A stretch of DNA of 64,000 nucleotides from a virus, in IMG/VR virus record IMGVR_UViG_3300009550_000008. One strand, given 5' to 3'. Of the stretch, positions 8,414 to 17,547 are shown in pieces; the first letter of the stretch is position 1; each line of letters starts with the position of its first letter. Position numbers and translations under genes: made by a program. The notes below the pieces were generated by a model. It made no database searches, was not told where the DNA came from, and worked only from the letters and a program-made list of their open reading frames with translations.

Positions 8414-9094
8414 ATGTCAGTTAGATTATTATTTCCAACATTACTTTTTGAGTATAACTTGTTGGAAGAAGGGTTAGTTACTCAAACATATTTGGATGAA
8501 TTAAAAGCAGATATGGATGCAATGAGAATGAAAGACCCAGTGGGAAGACAGATTTCTAATGCATATACTGGTTGGCAATCGAATGATGGTTGTGAGTCTA
8601 GGCCTGCATGGGTAAAAATGATGAGAATCATTAAAGAGAAATTCAACCAAGAGATACTTCCTTTTAGTGGAGTGGATACATCAAAATTCCAAGTTAGAAT
8701 GGGTAATTGTTGGGCAAATGTAAATGATAGAGGTGCATGGAATAAACCACATGGTCACAATGGATGTTGGTGGAGTGGTGCATTATATATTAATGCAGAA
8801 GGTGACGAAGGAGATTTCGTTGCAATCAATACAGACCCTAAAGTATTAAGTGACTTCCCAGCTGCACCTAGGTTTAGAGAGAATCATTGTATAAGACCTA
8901 TCTCAGGAACACTTCTTTGTTTCCCTAGTGGTCTACTACATATGGTTGAACCTAATGCATCAAGTAATGATAGATACAGTGTTGCATTTAATATGAATAA
9001 CGAAAGGTTAAGTGGGTCACCTCAAGAGACAGCAATTCCTATAGATGACAACTGGAATAAATTCGATATAGAAGAAGGCGAAGTAAAGAGATAA
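8414..9094 (+). CDS. 2OG-Fe(II) oxygenase, TIGR02466-like
   Basis: LFPT, GWQS, WANVN...NKPHGH...SGALY...FPSGLLHMVEPN...RYSVAFN. Confidence 0.85.
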   Translation: MSVRLLFPTLLFEYNLLEEGLVTQTYLDELKADMDAMRMKDPVGRQISNAYTGWQSNDGCESRPAWVKMMRIIKEKFNQEILPFSGVDTSKFQVRMGNCWANVNDRGAWNKPHGHNGCWWSGALYINAEGDEGDFVAINTDPKVLSDFPAAPRFRENHCIRPISGTLLCFPSGLLHMVEPNASSNDRYSVAFNMNNERLSGSPQETAIPIDDNWNKFDIEEGEVKR

Positions 9095-9111
9095 TTTCCA
9101 TAAATAATCGT

Positions 9112-9372
9112 ATGGAAATAACGATATCACCTTACATCATTTGGAATCTAGTGATGACTGTAATCATAGTCCCACTAGGATTTTTGATTCGTACAGTCCT
9201 ATCTGAACAAAAAAGACTAGATATTCTCGTCAATAAAACTAGGGAAGAGATCGCAAAAGACTATGCCACAAGAGAACAGATTGAGGCAGACTTCAATAGG
9301 ATTATGACTTCTATTCAGAAGATAGATGAGAAACTTGACAGACTTCAGCAGAAAACTTTCTTCCAAGAATAA
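9112..9372 (+). CDS. Small membrane protein with coiled coil
   Basis: N-terminal hydrophobic helix plus heptad-like C-terminus; late box 5 nt upstream of the ATG. Confidence 0.6.
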   Translation: MEITISPYIIWNLVMTVIIVPLGFLIRTVLSEQKRLDILVNKTREEIAKDYATREQIEADFNRIMTSIQKIDEKLDRLQQKTFFQE

Positions 9373-9378
9373 AAAAGG

Positions 9379-9386
9379 TATAAATA
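9379..9386 (+). promoter_or_regulatory. T4-type late promoter
   Basis: Exact TATAAATA upstream of gp13. Confidence 0.8.
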
Positions 9387-9414
9387 GTAGTATACGAAAG
9401 GAAATACTACTATT

Positions 9415-10230
9415 ATGGCAAAACCAAACTCAAAAGCATCATTAAAAGAATATGTTAAAAGAAGACTGGGAGCTCCAGTTTTAGAAATTAATGTAGACGA
9501 TGACCAGTTCGATGATAGAATTGATGAGGCATTGCAATACTTCCAAGAGTATCATTATGACGGTTCTATGCGTGTTTACTTAAAACACCAGTTAACTTCT
9601 GATAACATTGCAACTATGAGAACAGATGAGACCTTTACTGAGTCTGCAGCTGGTACTCATGACTATACAGATCAACAAGTAAAACAACAAAAGAATTATA
9701 TCGTTTTACCTGAGTTTGTATTGGCAGTCAATAGAATTTTCCCGTTCACCGATAAACACAACATGAACATGTTTGATCTTAGATATCAATTAAGATTAAA
9801 CGATCTATACGATCTTTCAGCTACAAATATTCTGTACTACGAAATGGTACAACAACACATCACAATGATGGATAATATTTTAGTTGGTCAAGTTCCAGTT
9901 AGATACAAACAACATATGAACAGACTATACCTCGATGGAGATATGGAATCACTGAACGCTGGTGAATTTATCATAATAGAATGTCATAGAAAAATAGACC
10001 CAACCGATTTCACAGATATATACAACGACATGTGGTTAAAAAGATATACAACTGCATTAGTGAAACACCAGTGGTCAGAGAATTTATCGAAGTTTGAGGG
10101 AATTGCATTGCCTGGCGGTGTGACTATGAATGCATCAGAAATGAAAGCACAAGCACAAGAGGAGATAACAAAGCTGGAAGAAGAGAGTAGGTTAAACTAC
10201 GAACTTCCCGTCATGGATATAATGGGGTAA
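9415..10230 (+). CDS. gp13: Neck protein
   Basis: RRLGAPVLEINV, DEALQYFQEYHYDG, LPGGVTMN; T4 synteny. Confidence 0.93.
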   Translation: MAKPNSKASLKEYVKRRLGAPVLEINVDDDQFDDRIDEALQYFQEYHYDGSMRVYLKHQLTSDNIATMRTDETFTESAAGTHDYTDQQVKQQKNYIVLPEFVLAVNRIFPFTDKHNMNMFDLRYQLRLNDLYDLSATNILYYEMVQQHITMMDNILVGQVPVRYKQHMNRLYLDGDMESLNAGEFIIIECHRKIDPTDFTDIYNDMWLKRYTTALVKHQWSENLSKFEGIALPGGVTMNASEMKAQAQEEITKLEEESRLNYELPVMDIMG

Positions 10231-10234
10231 TTGA

Positions 10235-11092
10235 ATGCCTACGAATGTTTACTTTAATCATGCTGTAAAGACAGAACAGCACCTCTATGAGGACTTAGTC
10301 GTTGAATCATTACGATTCTACGGACACGATGTCTTATATCTACCTAGAACAATTGTAGAAGAGGATACTATTTTCACCGAGGATGTACAATCCACATTCG
10401 GTGACGCCTATTCGGTTGAAATGTATCTCGAAAATACAGAAGGGTTCGAAGGAGACGGAGACCTTGTTTCTAAGTTCGGTGTACAGATACAAGAGGAAGC
10501 AACATTCATTATATCTTTAAGAACATGGGAGAGATTCATTTCCCTAGATTCTAACCTTGCAGTATCACTAAGACCTAACGAAGGGGATTTAATTTACTTC
10601 CCACTTACAGGTTCATTATTTGAAATCAGATTCGTAGAAGACCAAGACCCATTCTTCCAGTTAGGAAAGATGTTTGTATTCAAGATGAGATGTTCATTGT
10701 TCGAATACTCAGGAGAAGATTTCGATACTGGTACAAGTGCAGACTTGGTAGAAGCAGATCAAGCTTACACAATCGAATTGACCATGACTGGTTCAGGAAA
10801 CTATACTCATGGAGAGAATTTAACTACTGTAATTGATTCAGTTACACATACAGTTGGAGAGGTTGTACTATGGCAACCAAACGCAAACAAACTTACAATT
10901 AAGGATAACACTAAGACACTACAAGTTGGAGATACACTAACAGGTGCATCATCTACAACTGCAAGAGCAATTGGAAGTATCGTGGATGTTCAATCATTCC
11001 ATAATCTAGCTTCTGCTCAGAATGTAGAGTTCGAAGAGAAGGATAGTTCATATCTAGACTTTAGTGAAGTGAATCCATTCGGTGAACCATAA
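10235..11092 (+). CDS. gp14: Neck protein / head closure
   Basis: EQHLYEDLVVESL, YLPR, RPNEGDLIYFP, C-terminal DFSEVNPFGEP. Confidence 0.92.
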   Translation: MPTNVYFNHAVKTEQHLYEDLVVESLRFYGHDVLYLPRTIVEEDTIFTEDVQSTFGDAYSVEMYLENTEGFEGDGDLVSKFGVQIQEEATFIISLRTWERFISLDSNLAVSLRPNEGDLIYFPLTGSLFEIRFVEDQDPFFQLGKMFVFKMRCSLFEYSGEDFDTGTSADLVEADQAYTIELTMTGSGNYTHGENLTTVIDSVTHTVGEVVLWQPNANKLTIKDNTKTLQVGDTLTGASSTTARAIGSIVDVQSFHNLASAQNVEFEEKDSSYLDFSEVNPFGEP

Positions 11093-11093
11093 A

Positions 11094-11309
11094 ATGATAG
11101 AAAAAATAATAGCAGAAACGATTGGTTGTGACCAAGACGCAGTAAAAGATAAATCAAATTTTGTAAAAGATTTAGGTGCAGACTCATTAAATATTGTTGA
11201 ATTGGTCATGGAAATTGAAAAAGAATTTGATATAGAAGTTCCTGATGATGATGCAGAAACATTACATACAGTTGCAGACTTGAAACAGTATATTGAGGAC
11301 AACTCATAA
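11094..11309 (+). CDS. acpP: Acyl carrier protein
   Basis: DLGADSL phosphopantetheine motif and VELVMEIEKEFDIEVPDDDAE; ATG at 11094 preferred over GTG at 11082. Confidence 0.9.
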   Translation: MIEKIIAETIGCDQDAVKDKSNFVKDLGADSLNIVELVMEIEKEFDIEVPDDDAETLHTVADLKQYIEDNS

Positions 11310-12358
11310 TGTTCGGAACATATTTTTATAACGAAACAATCAAGAGATCAATATCAGTCTTTGGTACATTGTTCAATAATATTGACATCAAGAAAACTAA
11401 AGCTGATGGGACTGTACTCACATCACAAAAAGTACCCATAAGTTATGGGCCTAAACAAAAGTTCCTCTTAAGGTTACAAGACGATGCAAAGGCAAGGGAT
11501 GGTAGTGTTACCTCGATCTCTTTACCTCGTATTGCATTTGAAATGACTGGATTAGAATACGACCCTACAAGACAACAAAATAAATTAATCAGAACTTCTA
11601 AGACAACAGTAGAAACTGCAGATACAGGAAAGAGAGGATTCCAGTATCAACCAGCTCCATATAACATTAACTTTTCTTTATCAATACTTGCAAAGAATGT
11701 TATAGATGGTATACAGATTTTAGAACAAATACTTCCTTACTTCCAACCTGAGTATACCGTTGCAATGAAAATGGTAGACAGTATGAGTGAAGTAAGAGAT
11801 GTACCAGTCATATTAACATCTACCAATATGGAAGATATGTATGAAGGTGCATTCGAAGAAAGACGAGTTATCGAATATACACTAGAATTTACTATGAAGA
11901 CATACTTCTTCGGCCCAGTTTATACAGGTGAGGTTATTAAGAATGTTATCGAAAGAGATTACATTAATGATAATGTTCAAGCTGGATTTACTTCAACTGA
12001 GATACAAAACTCAGGACTGGTCAAAGAAGTGAAACACTACGAACCAGCATTCGGTGAAGTTGCTAATGCAGTATCGAACAGTTCAACAGTGTCCTTTCCA
12101 AGTGTAATAAATAGTAAGATAAGTGCAAACGATGAAGTGTTTGGTACAAATTTATCAACCAATCCTACAGTTAGTAGTGTTGCAAGTGATAAACTATCAA
12201 TAGTATTGAGTAGTAATGTTACTATCGATGCTGGTACTACACTTAAGTTTGTTGGTTCAGTTGACCCGAGTGATACATTTGTGGTTGCTGAGACGGTGAC
12301 TTTTTATGATGAAGGTGGTAGTTCGACTTATTCGGAAGACCTCGCTGGTGATGCATAG
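11309..12358 (+). CDS. gp15: Tail sheath stabiliser / tail terminator
   Basis: MFGTYFYNETI, VPISYGPKQKFL, LPRIAFEM, QILEQILPYFQP. Confidence 0.93.
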   Translation: MFGTYFYNETIKRSISVFGTLFNNIDIKKTKADGTVLTSQKVPISYGPKQKFLLRLQDDAKARDGSVTSISLPRIAFEMTGLEYDPTRQQNKLIRTSKTTVETADTGKRGFQYQPAPYNINFSLSILAKNVIDGIQILEQILPYFQPEYTVAMKMVDSMSEVRDVPVILTSTNMEDMYEGAFEERRVIEYTLEFTMKTYFFGPVYTGEVIKNVIERDYINDNVQAGFTSTEIQNSGLVKEVKHYEPAFGEVANAVSNSSTVSFPSVINSKISANDEVFGTNLSTNPTVSSVASDKLSIVLSSNVTIDAGTTLKFVGSVDPSDTFVVAETVTFYDEGGSSTYSEDLAGDA

Positions 12359-12360
12359 TT

Positions 12361-12774
12361 ATGGCAAAAGAAATAGACGAAAAATTAGATAATCTTCTTG
12401 ATATCGGTTCTGATATCAAACAAGAAACCAAGTTAGTCAAACTTCCGACAAGGGAGAAGAATATTGAAACAGACTACAAGTATGCCCGTGAGAACCTCTA
12501 TGACCTCGTAGAACGCGGTCAGGATGCAATAGACGGCATACTAGAACTATCCAAAGAGACAGAACACCCTAGGGCATATGAAGTTGCTGGACAACTTATA
12601 AAGACTGTATCTGAGACTGCAGAGAAGTTAATAGATATACAGAAGAAATTAAAAGACCTAGAGAAAGAAGATAGTTCCGTAAGAACGCAACACAATCACC
12701 TTTATGTAGGTTCAACAAGTGAGTTGCAAAAGTTCTTAAAGAAGGAGTCTAAGAAAGATGTTCGAGACGATTGA
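12361..12774 (+). CDS. gp16: Terminase small subunit
   Basis: DYKYARENLY, HPRAYEVAGQLIK, VGSTSELQKFL. Confidence 0.92.
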   Translation: MAKEIDEKLDNLLDIGSDIKQETKLVKLPTREKNIETDYKYARENLYDLVERGQDAIDGILELSKETEHPRAYEVAGQLIKTVSETAEKLIDIQKKLKDLEKEDSSVRTQHNHLYVGSTSELQKFLKKESKKDVRDD

Positions 12775-13360
12775 AAACCCAAAATTTGCCCCTATACCAA
12801 ACGATTTAACAACGGATGACCCGTTGTGGATGATCTCGTTAGCACAGATCACACGACACAATGAACATTATTGGACGGATGTTGATGATATCCATACCTA
12901 TAATGCATATGAAACTATAATTAAAGACAAGGTTAAAGACAAAGTAGTTTGTGACCTAGGGAGTGGTCTAGGAGTATTACTTCACCTTGCAGAATACCAT
13001 GGTGCAAAAGAATGTATTGGAATAGAATCTAATACACAAGCAGCTGTATACTCTCAGGGTATGTACCCTCACTGGAATATTATACACAACAACTTCTTTA
13101 AAATGCATGATTGGCCAGTGGCAGATATCTATCTGCATAATCTAGATCAATCAATATTAAAACCTATGATGGATAAGGCAGAACTGGTAGGTTTACATCA
13201 TGATTATCAAATATTCCCAAGACCAAAGAACCTACGAGACACACCTAAAGGGGTCATAGAGTCCTCTCTAGTGCCGTTAGAAGGTGAACCTATGGATGGA
13301 ATGGTAGACTTTGTTAAAACCCATCACAGGGCCTTTAAAGAGAGGTTACGACTTGGTTAA
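12758..13360 (+). CDS. Class I SAM-dependent methyltransferase
   Basis: VKDKVVCDLGSGLGVL motif I and GAKECIGIE motif II. Confidence 0.75.
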   Translation: MFETIENPKFAPIPNDLTTDDPLWMISLAQITRHNEHYWTDVDDIHTYNAYETIIKDKVKDKVVCDLGSGLGVLLHLAEYHGAKECIGIESNTQAAVYSQGMYPHWNIIHNNFFKMHDWPVADIYLHNLDQSILKPMMDKAELVGLHHDYQIFPRPKNLRDTPKGVIESSLVPLEGEPMDGMVDFVKTHHRAFKERLRLG

Positions 13361-14957
13361 ACCAGTAAATGAAGGATACTTAGGAAACACCCTCATCAAG
13401 AGAGCAGGTGTCGAGTCCCAGTATACCAAAGAAGAGTTAGAAGAATACATGAAGTGTTCTAAAGACCCTTGTCATTTTATTGAAACCTATACTCAGATCA
13501 TATCTCTAGATGAGGGTATGGTTCCATTTAAACTGCGTGGATATCAAGATAAACTTATAGAACATTATAACTCAAATAGATTTAATGTAGTTCTTGCATC
13601 AAGACAGTCAGGTAAATCGATCACATCATGTGCATATCTATTATGGTTCCTATTGTTTCATCCCGAAGTAACAGTCGCGGTACTTGCAAACAAAGGTGCA
13701 ATTGCAAGGGAGATGATCGCAAGAATCGTAACCATGTTAGAGTCTGTACCGTTCTTTTTACAGCCAGGCGTTAAGATTCTAAACAAAGGTTCGATAGAAT
13801 TTGCAAACGATTCGAAGGTGGTTGCAGCTGCAACATCTTCAAGTTCGATTCGTGGTATGTCAATTAACTTACTATACCTCGATGAGTTTGCATTCGTTGA
13901 TGATGCAGATACATTCTATACTGCAACATATCCCGTTATCACATCAGGTAAAGACTCGAAGGTTATCATTACATCTACTGCAAACGGTGTAGGTAATATG
14001 TTTCATAGAATATACGAGTCTGCAGTACACGAACAATCAGAATATAAACACTTTATCATAAACTGGTACGATGTGCCGGGCCGTGATGAAGAATGGAAGA
14101 AAGAGACCATTGCAAACACCTCAGAGGCACAGTTTGAACAAGAGTATGGTAACTCATTCTTAGGAACAGGAAACACCCTAATCAACTCAGATACCTTGTT
14201 AGGTATGATGGCATATGAACCTGAATGGAATAGGGATAGCGTAAACATATATAAAACACCAATAGAAGGACATGAGTATGTCTGTACGGTTGATGTTGCA
14301 AAAGGGAGAGGTATGGACTTCTCTACATTTACCGTCATCGATGTATCTACGAGTCCTTTTGAACAGGTTGCAACATATAGGGATAGTATGATAAGTCCCA
14401 TGCTGTTTCCTGATATTATAAATAAGTATGTAAGAAATTATAATGATGCATTAGTTATAATTGAAAACAATGCTGAGGGTGGAATGGTAGCAACTCAGTT
14501 ACACTATGATATTGAATATCCAAATGTGTTTGTCCAAGGACAATTGAAAGCAGAGGATATCGGTGTCACAGTTAACAAAAAAATTAAAAGAATTGGTTGC
14601 TCTACACTCAAAGAATTATTAGAGGAAAATAGATTAAAAGTTGTAGATCGTGCTACTATAACAGAATTGATGACCTTTGTCACAAAAGGAAATTCCTTTC
14701 AAGCTGACAGAGGATATCATGACGATATGGTTATGAATCTAGTGTTATTCAGTTGGTTCATCACTACTGAATATTTTTATCACCTTACGGATAAACAGGT
14801 TAAAGACTTGTTATATGCCGAACAACAAAAGATGATAGAAGACGATGTCTTACCAGCTGGGGTCTTCGGAGATGTTAAACCCGAGGAAACTACCTTTGTC
14901 GATGACGAAGGAGACCGTTGGTATAGTAAAGACATGGGTAATGAGATGAAATTGTAG
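13353..14957 (+). CDS. gp17: Terminase large subunit
   Basis: SRQSGKS Walker A, LLYLDEFAF Walker B, ITSTANG, HDDMVM; TTG start at 13353 inferred from a GAGAGG RBS (ORF track starts at 13311). Confidence 0.95.
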   Translation: MVKPVNEGYLGNTLIKRAGVESQYTKEELEEYMKCSKDPCHFIETYTQIISLDEGMVPFKLRGYQDKLIEHYNSNRFNVVLASRQSGKSITSCAYLLWFLLFHPEVTVAVLANKGAIAREMIARIVTMLESVPFFLQPGVKILNKGSIEFANDSKVVAAATSSSSIRGMSINLLYLDEFAFVDDADTFYTATYPVITSGKDSKVIITSTANGVGNMFHRIYESAVHEQSEYKHFIINWYDVPGRDEEWKKETIANTSEAQFEQEYGNSFLGTGNTLINSDTLLGMMAYEPEWNRDSVNIYKTPIEGHEYVCTVDVAKGRGMDFSTFTVIDVSTSPFEQVATYRDSMISPMLFPDIINKYVRNYNDALVIIENNAEGGMVATQLHYDIEYPNVFVQGQLKAEDIGVTVNKKIKRIGCSTLKELLEENRLKVVDRATITELMTFVTKGNSFQADRGYHDDMVMNLVLFSWFITTEYFYHLTDKQVKDLLYAEQQKMIEDDVLPAGVFGDVKPEETTFVDDEGDRWYSKDMGNEMKL

Positions 14958-14977
14958 TTCTTTAGAAACTATAAAGT

Positions 14978-14985
14978 TATAAATA
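14978..14985 (+). promoter_or_regulatory. T4-type late promoter
   Basis: TATAAATA upstream of gp18. Confidence 0.8.
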
Positions 14986-15023
14986 AAACAGTAAACAACT
15001 TTTTACATTAACAGGAGAAAAAT

Positions 15024-16997
15024 ATGGCATTTCAAGTATCACCAGGCGTACAAGTCAAAGAAGTTGACTTGACAAATGTTGTGCCTGCAGTATCTTCTAC
15101 TATTGGAGGATTCGCGGGTTCATTTAGATGGGGCCCTGTTGATGAAGTAGTATCAGTTTCAGATAGCAAAGGTTTGGTAGACCATTTCTTTACACCAGCA
15201 GACACAGACGCTGGTGCCGAGGATTTCTACTCTGCAGAGGCTTTCTTAAGATATGGTTCATCATTAAAAGTTGTTCGTGTTGCAAGTGCAACTGCCTATA
15301 ACGCAAACGCAGGAGGAGACTCCGATGCTTCCATCAAAAACCTTGATGCATATCAAACAGGTTTTGAAAATGGTGGTGCAGCGGGAACCGTTGGGGCATG
15401 GACTGCAAAATATCCAGGCGCAATTGGAAACTCATTGAAAGTTTCAGTATGTGCATCTCCTGATGCATATTACAATGACAATGTAACTACTCTAGACGCT
15501 GCAGAAGCAGCTGGTCAGACAGTTATCAGTGTTACAGCAGAAACAGGTTTCAATGTTAGAGATATCGTCAGGTTTGGTACTGATACTCAAGAATATAGAG
15601 TAACAGCAACTGCAACAGGAACAATAACCGTAGAAGCCCTAAACCAACCAGCTGGAACTGGATTAGTCAACGCAGTTGACAACTCTACACAAGTTCACAG
15701 ATATTGGGAGTTTTATAATCAATTTGATAAAGCTCCAGGCACATCTGCATCTGCAACAGCAGCTTCAGGTAGTGCAGACGAGATTCATGTCGTAGTTATA
15801 GACGAAGACGGAGTTATCACAGGTAAACAACACGAAGTTCTAGAAACTTACGGGTTTGTTTCATGTGCATCTGACAGTAAAGATGCATCAGGTAATTCAA
15901 ATTACTACAAGACTAAAATCAACAATCAATCAGATTGGATTTGGTGGACTGGTCACAGTACATCAACTCACCCAGCTGTAAATAGCACTCATACACATGC
16001 ATTATCAGGTTCTACTGCATTCGGTAGACCTTCTGCACCAATCGCATCATCTCTAGCAGATGGAGCTGACGGTGCATTACCTACACCAGCAATTAAATAT
16101 GGTGGATATGTAGATAATTTCGGAGATGCAGAAACTATGGATGTTAGTTTCCTAATTACAGGTTCTACTAGAACTTCAAACGGAGACCTATTAACAGATC
16201 ACAATACGATTGTTAACCAATTAATTCAAATCGCAGAAAACCGTAAAGACTGTATGGTAATTGCTTCACCTCGAAGAGCATCAGTCGTTAATGTCGCTTC
16301 TGAATCAACTCAAAGTTCAAATGTAGTAGCAGATTATGCATCAGTTACTTCAAGTTCTTATGCAGTATTAGATTCAGGTTGGGTATACCAATATGACAGA
16401 TATAACGATAGATACTGTTGGGTGCCAGGCAACGGACATACATCAGGTATCATGGCAAGAGCAGACCTATTAAGAGACCCTTGGTATTCACCAGCAGGAT
16501 TCTCTAGAGGTCAGTATCTAGGAATTACAAAACTTGCATTTAACCCATCGCAATCATCGAGAGATGATCTATATCAAGCAAGAATTAATCCAATAGTTAC
16601 ATTCCCAGGCCAAGGAACAGTTCTTTTCGGAGATAAAACTGCATTAAGTACACCATCTGCATTCGATAGAATCAATGTCAGAAGGTTGTTCATTGTCTTA
16701 GAGAAAGCAATTGCGGTTGCAGCTAAATCACAACTCTTTGAATTCAACGATGCATTCACAAGAGCACAGTTTAGAGCAGCGGTAGAACCTTTCTTAAGAG
16801 ATGTTAAGAACAGAAGGGGTCTAACAGACTTCACAGTATTATGTGATGAAACAAACAACACTGATACAGTTATAGATAGAAACGAATTTGTATGTTCTAT
16901 CTTTGTGAAACCTGCTAGAAGTATTAACTTTATCACTCTTAACTTCGTGGCTGCAAGGTCAGGGGTTGAGTTTGAAGAAATCTACGGAGCAGTTTAA
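15024..16997 (+). CDS. gp18: Tail sheath protein
   Basis: MAFQVSPGVQVKEVDLT, WYSPAGFSRG, FDRINVRRLF, KPARSINFITLNFVA. Confidence 0.97.
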   Translation: MAFQVSPGVQVKEVDLTNVVPAVSSTIGGFAGSFRWGPVDEVVSVSDSKGLVDHFFTPADTDAGAEDFYSAEAFLRYGSSLKVVRVASATAYNANAGGDSDASIKNLDAYQTGFENGGAAGTVGAWTAKYPGAIGNSLKVSVCASPDAYYNDNVTTLDAAEAAGQTVISVTAETGFNVRDIVRFGTDTQEYRVTATATGTITVEALNQPAGTGLVNAVDNSTQVHRYWEFYNQFDKAPGTSASATAASGSADEIHVVVIDEDGVITGKQHEVLETYGFVSCASDSKDASGNSNYYKTKINNQSDWIWWTGHSTSTHPAVNSTHTHALSGSTAFGRPSAPIASSLADGADGALPTPAIKYGGYVDNFGDAETMDVSFLITGSTRTSNGDLLTDHNTIVNQLIQIAENRKDCMVIASPRRASVVNVASESTQSSNVVADYASVTSSSYAVLDSGWVYQYDRYNDRYCWVPGNGHTSGIMARADLLRDPWYSPAGFSRGQYLGITKLAFNPSQSSRDDLYQARINPIVTFPGQGTVLFGDKTALSTPSAFDRINVRRLFIVLEKAIAVAAKSQLFEFNDAFTRAQFRAAVEPFLRDVKNRRGLTDFTVLCDETNNTDTVIDRNEFVCSIFVKPARSINFITLNFVAARSGVEFEEIYGAV

Positions 16998-17007
16998 GGA
17001 GTAAAGA

Positions 17008-17505
17008 ATGGCAACAATAGACGAATTTAAAGCACAACTGATTGGTGGTGGCCCAAGACCTAACCGATTCAGAGTCTTCATTCCTAGAAGTGGAAATAGG
17101 ATTGAGTTCCTATGTAAAGCTGCTGCAATACCTGCTGCTACCCTAGGTGAGATTATCGTTCCTTTTAGAGGACACAATCTTAAACTTGCTGGAGACAGAA
17201 CATTTGAAGATTGGTCAGTGACCATCATCAACGATGCTGAGTTTTCTGCAAGGTCAGGCTTAGAGGCATGGCAACAAGATATACAAGAACTAGACTCAGG
17301 TGTAGGTATGGCATCTAATGACTACCTATTGTCTAGGGCTTTTGTAGAACAGTTAGGAAAAGACGACGCAGTCCTTGCGAGATATGAATTCTTCAACATG
17401 TTCCCGAAAAACATTGCTCAGATCGAATTAAGTTACGAAACTGTAGATGCATTGGAGGAATACACTGTTGATTTCACATATTCTCACTGGGAAAGAGTCA
17501 AGTAA
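17008..17505 (+). CDS. gp19: Tail tube protein
   Basis: GGGPRPNRF, FLCKAAAIP, KLAGDRTFEDWSVTIIND. Confidence 0.95.
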   Translation: MATIDEFKAQLIGGGPRPNRFRVFIPRSGNRIEFLCKAAAIPAATLGEIIVPFRGHNLKLAGDRTFEDWSVTIINDAEFSARSGLEAWQQDIQELDSGVGMASNDYLLSRAFVEQLGKDDAVLARYEFFNMFPKNIAQIELSYETVDALEEYTVDFTYSHWERVK

Positions 17506-17547
17506 TAATAGTGAAAACTACCTCCTCGCGGAGGTCTAAATAATATT

